This document shows, one piece after another, positions 51,447 through 64,000 of a stretch of DNA of 64,000 nucleotides. Location: positions 1,240,001 to 1,304,000 of the forward strand of contig MU053304.1 of NCBI GenBank assembly GCA_013239625.1, read 5' to 3'. Made by a program: the position numbers and the translations under genes. The notes beneath the pieces are model-generated. The model searched no databases. It was given only the letters and a program-made list of their open reading frames with translations, and was not told the DNA's origin. Source of the DNA: Lama guanicoe (lineage: Eukaryota). How positions within the stretch are numbered: position 1 is the first letter of the stretch; the number at the start of each line of letters is the position of its first letter.

Positions 51447-51718
51447 CTGCAAAAGAGAGGAAATTTTAAGTGAAAAGCAGCTTGGAGAGAATGAGCCTTA
51501 TGTATGCTCAGATAGATGCACAACTCCCAAACTTGCAGATTGTGAAACAGACACCAAGTTTCTGTGGCGTAGAAATGTTGGTGTCAGGTCATGTGATCAG
51601 AGCACAGCAAGGGACAGCAGTTTGCCTTGGGCACCTTTCCTCCTGCCCCCTGCAAGGTGGTGCTGCTTCTCTTGTGTAAACAGAAAGGAGGAGGCTTCAG
51701 GTTTGCATTTCAACTCAC

Positions 51719-51839
51719 CAGCTGCTCCTCAGGCAGCATCTTCCTCTTCAGGACCTCAGATTCCTGATGACATGGTTGGCTTTCTGAGTACCTTTCCTGA
51801 AGAGCCTTTATCTTGCAGAAGTTGCAACTCCATGGGTTC
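51719..51839 (-). pseudogene. SP100: SP100-like PHD C-terminal/linker exon (NPWSCNFCKIKALQERYSESQPCHQESEVLKRKMLPEEQL); open but downstream of stops
   Basis: cAG / GTGAGT, 121 nt, phase 2 to 0; closest to SP100 [40 protein letters not shown]. Confidence 0.88.
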
Positions 51840-52439
51840 CTGAGAGGTTGGACATAAGGTCAGCAAAGGGAGGTTCTCTGTGAATCAACCTTTGTGTCTA
51901 TAGCCACTGGAGTGCTCTGCTCAGATTGTAGTTTCCAGCTGTACCCAACTTCTCTCTGACATCCCTCAGCACTAGAGCCTCATTTGGGCTCAAATGCCAA
52001 AGACAACCCTCCCATCAATAGCAGTAGAAGGCTGACAGTCTAAGTGAGGTGTCACAGTGGGTAAAGACTCTCATTCACCTCAAAACTTAGGGTTCCCATC
52101 TGAGCCACTGTGATTTTGGTAATGACTCCTGCCTGCTAGAATCGCGGGTTCCAACCTTGGAAATTAGTACCTTAAGCACTGGAGTCTTGGTCCTCAAAGA
52201 GTCATCAGATCACATTAAAAATCAGAAGACCAGCTCTTTCTCTCAACTTAGCTGAATAAGCACAGGGCATAAGCCACAGGCATCCTTTCCTCTGGCCCTG
52301 CCAACTCTACATCTAGAATCTGTGCTGCAGAAACTTCTTGAAAAGGAAATCTACCAACAGAGTGCCAGATATCTTCCATTTGCTCCTAGATTCATTCTCT
52401 CCTCTCCTCCCCCAGGCTCTGTACTGCGGACCTCTTGAC

Positions 52440-52965
52440 AGTTAGATGGATACAATGATCCACCCTAGAGATATCATTTAGCCTCTCTCCTTGGCCACCC
52501 CAGTGGTTGCTCAGGGGGCCCATTACAAAGTGCCCATGGTGCAGGGCTGGAGACTACACATAAGCTCAACGACTTGTCTTCTGCCTCTGCAGACTGTCTA
52601 ACTGCAGAAATTTATGCTGAATCCTTGAGTGTGCACATTCTCTGGTTGCTACATGGGAGCAGGTGAATTATACTAGATTCCTCCCATTATGGAGAGCCAT
52701 GCTGTATTCTATAGGGACAGACAGAATCCTGGTAGAGATCATCCTTCCTGGCTAGAGCGAGTCTGCTCACACCACCACTTATAGAGTGCCTTGTCAATCT
52801 ATGTGTTATCTCACATATCATCACCTCTGACCAAAGATATATCTTACAGCCAAGAAAATGCAGCAGTGGACTAATACCTACAGAATTCAAGGGTCTTATG
52901 TACCCCGTGATTCAGGGTCAACTAACTTGATAGACTGCTGTGATTGCCTTCTGAAAGCTCATCAC
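52440..52965 (+). mobile_element. ERVL internal (integrase) fossil
   Basis: Degenerate integrase motifs (ITSDQRYILTAKKMQQW-like, equivalent to SDQGTHFTA.EV.QW). Confidence 0.6.
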
Positions 52966-53230
52966 AGCCCCAGCTTTGTCAGCTTTGGTGTGTTCCCATA
53001 GCAGGTGGTGTCTGCTTTAAACCAGCAGCTAATGTAGGGAGTCATCACCTCATCAAAGTGCATGGGTCTGGGAACCAAGTGAGGGAGGTGGGGGGGGTCA
53101 CTCCTTTGTTTATTATACCTAAAAACAACTTGAAGACTTTTCTCCTCATTAATCTACTGCTGCTAGCTTTGTTAAACAGCTCTGTCCCTATTTCTGGATC
53201 CCCATACTTAAGGACTCTGCTTCTCAATCA

Positions 53231-53446
<216 letters not shown>

Positions 53447-53604
53447 CTAGAAAAAGAGATAACACAGACATCACTGGGATCAGTGAGACCCTGGAAGGTT
53501 GACACACTGGGACTCTAGAACACATGGCTTTTGCTTGTACCAAGGTGACACTTGTAAATTTATCTCCTCAAACTATTAAGGAACAACACTGAATGGAGAT
53601 TTCA

Positions 53605-55111
53605 TTTATTTTTATTTTTAAAAGTTAAAAATTAATTTATTTCTTATTGATGAATAGTCAATTACAATGTGTCAATCCGGTGTACAGCATAATGTCCCAG
53701 TAATACATATACATACATATATTCATTTTCATACTCTTTTCATTAAAGTTTATTACAAGATATTGAATATAGTCCCCTGTCCTATACAGAAGAAATTTGT
53801 TTTTTACCTATTTTTATACATAGTGGTTAATATTTGCAAATCTCAAACTCCCAAATTTATCCCTTTCCACCCTCTTTCCCCTCGGTAACCATAAGATTGT
53901 TTACTATGTCTGAGAATCTGTTTCTGTTTTGTAGATGAGTTCATTCATGTCTTCTTTTTTCCTTTTTTAGATTCCATGTATGAATGATATCATACAGTAT
54001 ATTTCTTTCTCTTTTTGGCTTAACTCATGTAGAAAATGACATTCTCCAGATCTATCCATGTTGTAGCAAATAACATTCTTTAACTCTTTTTTGGCTGAGT
54101 AGTATTCCATTGTATAAATATACCACATCTTCTTTATCCAGTCATCTGCTGATGAACATTTAGGCTGTTTCCGTGTCTTGGCTATCGTATATAGTGTTGC
54201 TATGAACATTCAGGTGCATGTATCTTTTCGAATTAGAGTTCCCTCTGGATATATGCCCAAGAATGCGACTGCTGGATCATACAGAAACTTTATTTTTAGT
54301 TTTTTGAGGAATCTCCATACTGTTTTCCATAATGGCTACACCAAACTGTATTCCTACCAACAGAGTAGGAGGGTTCCCATTTCTCCATAGCCTCTCCAGA
54401 ATTTATCATTTGTGGAAGGGATAGCCTGGGATTTCAAAATTTGTAGATACTGACAGGCATATTCAGAATAGATAGACAAGATTGTACTCTATAGCACAGG
54501 GAAATATATACAAGATCTTGTGGTAGCTCACAGCGAAAAAACATGTGACAATGAATATATGTATATTCATGTGTAACTGAAAAATTGTGCTGTACACTGG
54601 AATTTGACACAACATTGTAAAATGACTGTAACTCAATAAAAAATTGTTAAAAAAATGATAGCCATTCTGACTGGTGTGAGGTGATACCTCATTGTATTTT
54701 TGATTTGCATTTCTCTGATAATCGAGCATTTTTTCAAATGCCTATTGGCCATTTGTATGTCTTCATTGGAGAATTGCTTGTTCAGGTCTTCTGCCCATTT
54801 TTGGATTGGTTTTTTGTTGTTGTTGTTGTTATCAAGTTGTATGAGCTGTTTATATATTCTAGAAATTAAACCTTTGCCAGTTGTATCATTTGCAAATATT
54901 TTCTCCCATTCCATAGATTGTCATTTTGTTTTGCTTATGGTTTCCTTTGCTGTGAGAGTGGGCATCCTTGTTTTGTTCCAGATTTTAGTGGGAAAGCTTT
55001 CAGCTTTTCACCATTGAGTATTATGCTGGCTGTGGGTTTGTCATAAATAGTTTTTACTGTATTGAGATATGTTCCCTCTGTACCCACTTTGGTAAGAGTT
55101 TTTATCATAAG
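53605..55111 (-). mobile_element. L1 3' portion with TSD, containing an oppositely oriented L1 3' end at about 54416-54655
   Basis: TSD tgaatggagatttca (53590-53604) and tgagtggagatttca (55112-55126). Confidence 0.88.
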
Positions 55112-57459
55112 TGAGTGGAGATTTCAGAAGACATTCTGGTCTGCAGTGATGTTCAGGAGGAAGTGGCTGTGTGTTACACCTTTAAAGTTTTCTTTATGAA
55201 GCCAGAGATTCTGACACAGGAAGGCTAACAACAACAACAAAAAAGGAATAAATTAAAGATAGTCTGAGAAATTTATTATTCTGTAGGCAAAACCTGGTTC
55301 AGGAATACAATGTCTTATCTAGTTGTCTACATTGCATCATCTATATTGACTCATTGAAGAGTGATTACTGAGAATTTAATATGAGAGAATAAACTTCTGA
55401 GATACCATTGCATCCCATTTTCTTGTCCATAAGTTCTCTGTGAGTTGAAGGACCTGAGGAGGAGTTCCTGGACAATGGATTCCATGCCTGGAGTGCCCCT
55501 GGGCCTGTGACAGAGCCTCTGGGTTGGAAAGACCATGGGCACAGGTGACCAGATGAATGCCAGGGAGGACAGAGCTCTTTGGCTCTGGGAGCCTGAAATA
55601 GCCTGTCCCCATGATGTAGCTTAGCACATAAGATGTGGAGGTGCCATCTCTCAAAGTCCAGAGAGAATGGGAGCAGCAGCCACTGGAGTTGAAGGCCAAG
55701 GCCCTAACTTCATTTTCTGAGCCTGTGGAAGACCTGGTTCTTTGTCTTATATAAGGAAGATGACAGGATTCACAAAATTGACTGATGCTGGATTTTTCAC
55801 CAATCTCATTATGTGGGACTTTTAGCCAGATTTAATTTCATTTAGTGAACTTAAAAATTTGACAGTGTTTTTGTGTCTAATTATTGTCGAATAAAAAACT
55901 CAAATTAGAAAAATAGAATTTATTGACCAAAATAAGAATTGGTCAAGGAATGAGCCCACTGGTGGGCAAAGAAAATCACATTTTCCCTCTTCTTTTGTGA
56001 TAATCTCTGTGGCAGTAACATGTGAATCCCTGTATACTACAATTTCTTTGTATGAGGGTGATGTGCCTATGCTGGAAAAATGCCCAGAGGATGGGCACCC
56101 GGCTTCTCTCCTGGGCTACCTGAGCAGAAAGAGAACCGTATGGGGGGGGGAACATTTCGTCCAATGGGTAGCAGCTCTGCATCTAGATGAATATATTCTT
56201 TCTACACAATAGGATGGAAGAAGGAATTCACATCCTTGTGTGACGATCTAGGCACAAAATGATGCATAGACTTAGGGGCTGGCCCATCCAGTGATGGGTA
56301 GCTGGGACTCTGGTGGGTGGTGAGGAAGTGGGGAGGTGGCAGGGAGTGCCACTCTACCTCTTCTTTCTAGAAACACACTTAAAGCTTTATTTGATGACAC
56401 TCCACTCTCTTGGATTGTTTTTCTAACACCCTGCCTCTTTCTTTTTAGGTTCCTCACTTGGAATGTTGGAATTTTGGAGGGCTCTGTCTTATGTCCCCTT
56501 CTATGTCCCTTTACTCTCCTAGATGACCACAACTACTCCCATCACCACACTTACCACACTTTGTCCCTAGGCTTTAAGACCTGTGTCTCTAGTCTTCTTT
56601 CAAGTCTCCAAGCACCCAAATTGTACTTTCCATCATCTCCAATTAGATGTCTTTCATCATGAATAAAGTTCATCTTGCCTCAAACCACATTCCTCATCTT
56701 CCTGTCTTGAATTGGCTCCTCTTTTAGTGCTCCACCATCTCACTAAGCACCCCACCATTCCACCCGGGAACCTGAAAGTGAACATGGAGTCCTCCCTTTT
56801 CCCGTCCCAGATATCCAATTATTACCAGTCCTGCTGATTCCAATTTTTAAATATCTAATCTCATTCTCAGTGATTCTGTGAGATCCACTGCTACAAGAAT
56901 GCAGGGCCTTTAATTATAAAACAATATTATTAGCCAAAGAAAAACGGTCTGCTCTTTGGGTTCCAAATCGTAACAGTCAGAATATCATTTCTGAGCCCAG
57001 TGAGCTGAGGTGAATTGCAACATACCTCAATTTGTAAATTCTTTTCATGTATAAATTCAATATAAAAAGAAGAGACACAAAAGCTGCACATAGGAGGAAA
57101 TTCTAGGCTGCAAGATGTATCTTGTCCATGTGCTCCCTTTCAATAGGAAAACCTAAGGAATGGCCTGCCAGGGACATCCTTGGGGACACCCCCTAGTGGG
57201 CTTGAGTTGCCCTGGTATGGGGCCATGTAACTGTTTTTCTGTTTTGTCACAACAGATGAGACTCATGGATGCTGACCACTATTTTTAGGTTACTAGGTCA
57301 GAGTTCCTGAACCATCAGTCTATAAGTACACTGCGAGTGGGCCTGAGGAAGAAAGAATGATGCATGCAAATTCACTGTTTGAAGCTCCATTGTCTAGAAA
57401 GCCTGCAAACTTGGTGCATGTCTCTTTAATCTTTTTAGCAAGAAATTTGCCCTTTCATT

Positions 57460-57940
57460 CAACAGTGGTTCTACACCTGTTGTACAGTAGAATCACCTGG
57501 TGAGCTTTAAGAAAATTCTGATGCCTAGGACCCCATCCTCAGAGATCTTGACTCAGTTAGTCTGGGTTGAGTGTGTGTTTTAAAGCAGTGTGTTTTAAAT
57601 GTTCCCCAGATGGTTTTAATGTGCAGTCATTAGTTGAGACCTTTGGCTTCTTAAAGTAGTGGTCTCTGGACCAGCAAAAGCAGCATTACCTGGAACTTTT
57701 TTGAAATGCGAATTCTTGGGCTCCATCCCTCACTTACTGAATCAGAAGCCCATGAGATTCTGATGGACACCACAGATTGTACAGCGTGGGTCTACAGTGA
57801 CCCACACATTTTGTCATGCATTAAAACCACCAGGGGAGTTTTGGAAAATCTTGGTCCTCAGACAGCATCTTAGAACAATAACATCAGAACCTCTGAGGGT
57901 AAGTAATTGCAATATGCAGCCAAGAGTGGGAGCTCAAGGT
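57460..57940. mobile_element. Cluster of MER5-type hAT fossils
   Basis: 'agaatcacctggtgagcttt', 'ggaccagcaaaagcagcattacctgg', 'acttactgaatcagaa'. Confidence 0.7.
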
Positions 57941-58438
57941 CTAGAGGAACTTCTCCCAGCAAGGGCTGGGAGTTATAGGCAGTCATTATCACCTACAAGC
58001 TCTGTCACAAGAAAGGTTATGAAGAGGGGGAGAACATCCTATCTGGAAGAGTTGCCTTTTCATCTTCATAGAGGGCTTGGCCATGTTGGAAGAAAAACCC
58101 TCTGTGTCCACCTCAGTCATCAAAAAAGCTACGCAGACCTCAGAGATGAGAGCTATTCCACTACTCAAGGGTCCCATCTCCAGCAGAGGAACAGAAGCAG
58201 TGTGAATGTATCTAGAGCTTGCTGGGCAATGCATTTGCTAGAAAACCAGAGGGCATGGAAACCCTTATATTTCCCTCTCTGTTGGTGCCATGTATTAGTC
58301 CAGCTACACAACATTATGTAGTGAGAGGCACCTCCTGCAGTTGTGCAAAAAGTGACTGCCTGAAATGTCCTTATTACAATGAAAGCAATCAAAGTGATAT
58401 TTAGCTTAGAGAGAGGCAGTAGTTCAAGTGATAATTAC

Positions 58439-58477
58439 CTTTTATCTTTTTATTGACGGATCTGGTAAAAATCCTCT
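58439..58477 (-). CDS. SP100: SP100-like post-SAND exon RGFLPDPSIKR* with in-frame TAA (58442-58444)
   Basis: ttttcAG / GTAATT, 39 nt; equivalent to human NKFLPEPPSTRKK. Confidence 0.85.
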
Positions 58478-58977
58478 CTGAAAGAGAAATGAGATTCATG
58501 CCATTATGAGTTCTTGTTTCTACTTTGTGAACTTGGTAATTTCAGCTGCCTTCCAGATGTGTCCCATTGTCAATGCAAATTCAAGGTGTCTTCATGGAAA
58601 ATAACCTCCCTCTCCAAATCTGTAACATGCTGCTCTCTGTTATCCAGACTCAGCTTTCAAACCTGAACCTCCTCTCTTGCTCTCGTTATAAAGTTTTTCC
58701 AAGTTTTCCTTCACAACCTCTTCTATACCCACCACTTCCTTTCTATTCCCACAGTACCCCTCTAGCTTTTATCTTTATACCTTGCATACTACAGCTACTT
58801 CATTGGCACACATCTGGTGAATGACTGACCAGGTGTCAGGCCCTATCAGTGGCTTTGGGCACACAAAGATACCTATGCCTTTGGGGAGACAAGTGGGAAA
58901 AGCTGGCACATAACAGGTAAGGATGATAAAGTGTAAACTGTGGTCTCATAGAGTATTTTGGGATCTGGAGATGGGTG

Positions 58978-59452
58978 TGTATAGAAGGCTAAATAATGCC
59001 CCTCCTTGCAAAAATGCCTAGTTCCCACACCCATGAATGCGTTAACTTTCATGGTGAAAGGGGCTTTACAGATATAATTAAATGAAGGAGCTTGAAATGG
59101 GGCGATGATTCTGATTATCTTGACGGGGCCAATGTAACCACAAGGGTTAAGAGTGGGGCAGGAGGCTCAGAGTGAGTAGTAGGACACATGATGACAGAAC
59201 AAGAGGTTGGAGTGTTGCAGAGACGGGGCCATGAGCCACGGGATGCAGGCTGCTTCTAGAAGCTGGAAGAGGCAAGGGACAGATTCTCCCTGGAAGGCTC
59301 CAAAAGGAACCAGCCCTGCTGACACCCCGACTTGAGTCCAGTGAAACTGATTTCAGACTTCTGGTCTCCAGAACTGTAAGATAATAGACTTATATTGTTT
59401 TAAGGCATTAAGTTTGTGGAAAATTGTTATAACAACTATAGGAAACAAATTA
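58978..59452 (+). mobile_element. MLT1D-like MaLR LTR
   Basis: 'catggtgaaaggggctttacagatataattaa...agaagctggaagaggcaagggacagattctccc...ccagaactgtaagataata'. Confidence 0.9.
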
Positions 59453-60711
59453 AGTGAATTTTAAAGAACTTCATCAAACTGTGCTGTGTGAGCTGAGCCT
59501 TGCAGTTGAGTGAGGGTTTACCAGGCAGAAAGGCAGTGAAGGTCACATGAGGGGTCCATGGGTTAAATGGGCCTCCTCGAGTCCATCTTTCATTCTCTGA
59601 TCAGATTCATACTTCTAACGCCCTATTTCAACTTTTTCAGTCTGTCTCTAACTCAAACCTCCCATGATCTCCCCATGATTAAATGAAGCGTTCAGCCTCT
59701 TTCCTTCGACCTCAAGACCTCCACACTCAACCCAGCTCATGTATTGAGCCTTATTACCTGCGTTTGACAAAATGTTGGGAGGATTTTCATGCCATCCTTT
59801 CAATGTAGAATTTTTCATTCCTACAGTTTTGCTTGTTAGAACCATTCTTCTTCTATGACCCAGCTCAATGCAAACTGTTCTAAGAAACTGTCTTCAGCCT
59901 CAAAGCCAGAAATGACCTTCCCTCCCCTAAGCTGCTGCATCTCTTCCTGCCAGCACCTCTCATTACAGCATCCATGAGCTGTATAGTCCTGTGGTTACAA
60001 ATGTGCAGCCTTACTCCTGGTTAGGAACTGGGAGCCACACTACAGTCCCTGTGGCTTTAGATGTATTTCAACAAATATTTGCTAAGCAAAGAGCTTTTCT
60101 GCATCATTAGAGTGGTACAAGGAAGGACCATCTGGGGCACGTGATAGAGTCAGAAGGCACAGGTTCGTCTGTGACAGAGACCTGGCCTGCTTTGTCCACA
60201 TCAGGGAGCTGATATGAAGACCAAGTAGATATTTTTAAATATATTTTAAATATTCTTTTTCAGGAATGAATTTCAGATGGCTATCAAAATAAACAATGTT
60301 GAAATATTCTGTCATCCAGGAAACACCCATATTGGTGTATTATTTTCATATACCTGTTTCTACTATTGTTACTTTAAACATTGGCTCCCCAGATCTAAGA
60401 CCCTCCCCTGCCAAATTTAAATTATCTTCCTGTAACCAGATTGCACAGTGACAATTACTAGTGGCAGAGCCAAGGCTACAGTTTACTGTCTTACTTTCAA
60501 AAGTGTAAGAGTTTATGTACTTAGAGGGTGAATCTGTAATGTAAACCAGCAAAGGTAACACCCACATGGCAGGTTAGTAATAATACATGCATTGGGACCC
60601 GAGCAAGGCGGGTCATGACGGTTTTCTGGACATTGAAAAATTCTGCTAAACTTTGAAGTTCATGAACCATGATACTAAATCCTTGATTTCAGCCCTTTGT
60701 CACTAGAATAC

Positions 60712-60854
60712 CTCAATCAAGTATTTTAGGGGCCATCCACCGCAGCGCACACTCATCTTCCAGTTCTTGGATGCTGCGCGTTTTCCTTCAACTTCAAATT
60801 CCCTGAGGGTGAACCGCCTTCCATCCTTACTCTGTACGCACTTCTCGGAGACTC
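60712..60854 (-). CDS. SP100: SAND domain exon: GVSEKCVQSKDGRRFTLREFEVEGKRAASKNWKMSVRCGGWPLKYLIE
   Basis: cAG / GTATTC, 143 nt, intact KNWK DNA-binding motif. Confidence 0.93.
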
Positions 60855-61479
60855 CTGTGAGACCAAGACAAGCTAAGGTACCTCTATCACCACGGTGTGC
60901 TCCTGATTATGAAAAAACCCAGAACTTGAAAACTCCCACAATGTGGATTGAGGGCACCCATTTTGGGGTCAGAATCGGCAGCAGGAGAGCTGAGTTCCCT
61001 CTCTGAGGCCGCACAGCAACTTGAAAGGTGAGGGAAGAAGTGGACTTCTTGCTGTGTGCACGCACTTATTTGACTTTCATGCAATGAGAAGGATAGTAAT
61101 TACTACCAATATTTACTTTTAACAAATATTTCACTATATTCAAAAGAGAAAACAAAATGGATGGTTCTAAAGAAGAATGGGCAAGATTCTTTCTCTTCCC
61201 TTCTCTGAGATCTGAGTTTCTGAGGGGGCAGATAAGAGACACAGGTGGCTGTGTTGCAGGTGTCAGCACAGCCACATCTGCCTCGTCTTGTACAAAGCTG
61301 ATCATCCAGCTAATGGCAATCAATTATTTCTCATATTTTAGCGGGTTGAAAATATTGTGAAAGTGACCAAAGACCTTGTTCACATGGGCTTGGACAAAAA
61401 AAAAATAGTAAGATTTGTGCAAAGGATAAAGGCATTTGGGAACCTGAATTTGGGGAGGGGTCCCATCATTCTCAGAACT

Positions 61480-61880
61480 TAAAAGAGTGGCTCACTCTGC
61501 CTAAACGGTTTATATAAACAGTATGGTTTATGCAGAACATCTGCTCTCCTTCTGGGAGTTCGGAATTTTGGCATGTGCTAGGCAGAGGGTACTTAGGCAA
61601 TTAACCCCTGATAGAAACCCTGGACTCTTTGGCTCAGGGCAGCTTCCCTGGCAGACAACATTTCACACTTGTTGTTATGACTTGCAGTAGAATTAAGTGC
61701 ATCTTGGGCGAGGACTCTTGGAAACTAACACCTGGCTTCCTTTGGGCTTTGTTCCCTGTGCCTTCTCCCTTTGCTGATTTTGCTTTGTATCAGTTTAATA
61801 AATCGTAGCCGTGTGTTAGACTATATGCTGAGTCCTTTAAGTGTGACTCACCAAACCTGGCGGTGGCCTTAGATACCGTA
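61480..61880 (+). mobile_element. MER21-like LTR
   Basis: 'ttggcatgtgctaggcagagggt...gcttccctggcagacaacatttcacac...gactatatgctgagtcct'. Confidence 0.75.
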
Positions 61881-61961
61881 CAAAAAGTTGTTGACACCCT
61901 ATACAGTATCTTATTCACTTGGGAGTTTTCCAGCTGAAGTATAGATGACTGTGAAACCCAC

Positions 61962-62066
61962 CTTTTCTCATTTTCTCCTTATTTAAAACCCCTTCAACCT
62001 CACCGCAAGTCACGGGAAGTTCAGGAAGTCGAAAATCCATATTTGCTTCTCTGGGAATCTTTGAAC
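61962..62066 (-). CDS. SP100: SAND N-terminal exon: [35 protein letters not shown]
   Basis: gcAG / GTGGGT, 105 nt; resembles SP100 [35 protein letters not shown]. Confidence 0.93.
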
Positions 62067-63300
62067 CTGCAAGGAAGTATTATTATTATTTTTTCATTTC
62101 ACCTCCCTCTCTAATTATGCACTGTCTCTCCTCACCCATCTTGAGACCGTTCTTTATAACTGAACTATAACTTAATTCAACTTAAACATTTCTAGGTCTT
62201 TCTTTTAAGGCAGATTAGAAACATAAAGATAATGTCATCCTCCACTCCCAATGTCTAAAATTCTGCATACAGACTTCATGTGTAAGGGTCTGAATTCCAT
62301 AGCTTGCTGGCTACAACTACCTGTTGCAGGAAAATTTTCCTTCTGTTGTTCTGAAGGAAGATTTCTAGTCATATTATTGCTTTGAAGTTACGGAGACGGA
62401 GAAGAAAGACTTCAACTTTTAATTTTTTTCTCCCCATTTGAGGCCTCAAATGGGGAAACAAAGCAGGGTGACAACGGGGCCCCTAGAAGGGCCGGTGTCT
62501 GTCCTCTCACCTTGCTCTCTGCTTTGTTTCACTTCTCCCTCATGTGAGCCACCTCAGGGTGGGTGCTCTAGGAGACACTGCAAGTTGCTCAGGGAGAGGG
62601 CCTCGGCACATCCTTGGGCGAGGGTGCTGGGGTCTGAATCCTCTGAAGCAGGTGTGGAAAGTCTTAGAAAGAACTTCAGTAGAAGGAACACCTACTCTTG
62701 CCCTTGTAGCCCACCTTGAGGGGGATCCATTAAAGACATATGCTTGGGTTTCTCTCTGGAGGAGAAGGGTAGGTTGTCCAGAGTCCTTCCAGAGTTAATT
62801 CTACAAGAGCTGTGGTGGACGTAGGAGGCCACTCAGTCTAACTCACCTGCCACCCACTCATTTATTGGAGGAAGTGGAAGCAAAAAAGAATGGCGAGCCG
62901 AAGTCACACAATCAAAGGAAGTTTAAGAATTAGGACACAGGTCTTGTATTACCACCCAGGGTCCCCCTTGGTGGGCAGTCTGTGGCTCTCTATGTGGGCA
63001 AGAGAAGGGTCAGATAAACAGCATGTGAGTCATACCCTTTATATATTTTTCTTTCTATTTCCCCCCTCAAAAGTTATCAGTGCAATGAGGGGAGCCCTGG
63101 GGTCTCTCACAGACCAACTGGCTAATCAGTGGATCACCATCCTTTCATGTTGTGGAAATTAACCAAGGCCAATGAACATCCTAACATTTCTTATCGATTC
63201 TATAAACCGATTAAGAAAATTGATTGATTACTTAAACCACAGTATAAAATCAAAGTTTAGATATTTAATTATTAAAAGTGAACTAATCATTTATTTTTAC

Positions 63301-63348
63301 CTCTTCTTCTGCCTCTTTTCAGAGGCCCAGAGTTGACGGTTTTTCTCC
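63301..63348 (-). CDS. SP100: Basic (NLS-like) exon: RKTVNSGPLKRGRRR
   Basis: ttAG / GTAAAA, 48 nt, phase 1-1; resembles SP100 RKANTRPLKRRRKR. Confidence 0.85.
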
Positions 63349-63489
63349 CTAAGAAAGTAGAAAAATAACACAAATGTCTCTTATTTATAACATTGCATTG
63401 CAAACAGCAGTGTTTTCCCAAAAACACTGTTCAAATGTAACTTTTTAGGAGCCTATCTAGCATATAAGGAAAAATAACAAATGCCTATA

Positions 63490-63715
63490 TCAGGAGTTAG
63501 GGACTTTTCCTGTAAAGGGCCAGATAGTAAATATTTAAGGTGTTGCAGTCCATAATCTCTCTTGTGACTAACTCTGCTGTTTTATTGTGAAAGCATTCAT
63601 AGATAATACATAAATGAAAAGATGTGGCTGTGGCTGTGTTCTGATAAACTTTATTTACAAAACAGTTTATGGGTTGAATTTGTCCTGTGGACTATAATTT
63701 GTGGAACCCTGGCCT
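63490..63715 (+). mobile_element. MER58A-like hAT fossil
   Basis: 'ctgtaaagggccagatagtaaatattt...gtggctgtgttctgataaactttatttacaaaac'. Confidence 0.85.
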
Positions 63716-64000
63716 AGACTTAGTTATAAAGACGATGCTTAACTGAGATTTATCTTAGATTTCTTTTGCTAATATCTTCAAATCATTCCAAATAAAATTC
63801 AAAACATGTTTTATGTATTTCCCAAGCAACAGAGCAACAGAATGAGAAAAGTAATGAAGTTGGACATCTGTTGAGTGCTTATTGTGTGCCAGGAACCATC
63901 TTTAAACGTTTAATTTCCTTGATAAATTTACTTCATACTTAGAGCAAATTTATCAAATAAACTAATAATATCCTCATTTTGCAAATGAGGAAATTGTTAT

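Noticed and set aside
53447..58438. HMG-box exon as in human SP100-HMG
   Set aside because: No HMGB1-like sequence seen; that exon derives from a primate retrocopy.

Overview
Mammalian genomic DNA, probably camelid, judged from three Vic-1-like tRNA-derived SINEs. The window covers the distal end of the SP100/SP140 (speckled protein) cluster. (1) The minus strand, 49358-63348, holds the 3' half of an SP100-like gene. Its basic-NLS and SAND exons are intact, but an in-frame TAA follows the SAND domain, and three of the five downstream PHD/bromodomain exons carry stops, frameshifts or a lost splice donor. (2) Facing it tail-to-tail on the plus strand is a second SP100-family gene (37428-45864). 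It has a clean HSR/CARD domain, a stop after about 152 aa, decayed downstream exons and no SAND/PHD/bromo exons. Its probable CpG-island promoter and non-coding first exon lie at about 25.2-25.7 kb. (3) A PA2G4/EBP1 retrocopy (11218-12794, 17-bp TSD) has one frameshift that destroys the p48 frame but leaves the 340-aa p42-equivalent ORF open. The rest is L1, L2, MIR, MaLR/ERV LTR and hAT fossils, microsatellites and a 993-N assembly gap. Gene models were hand-spliced, and homology calls come from recalled human sequences, not database searches.
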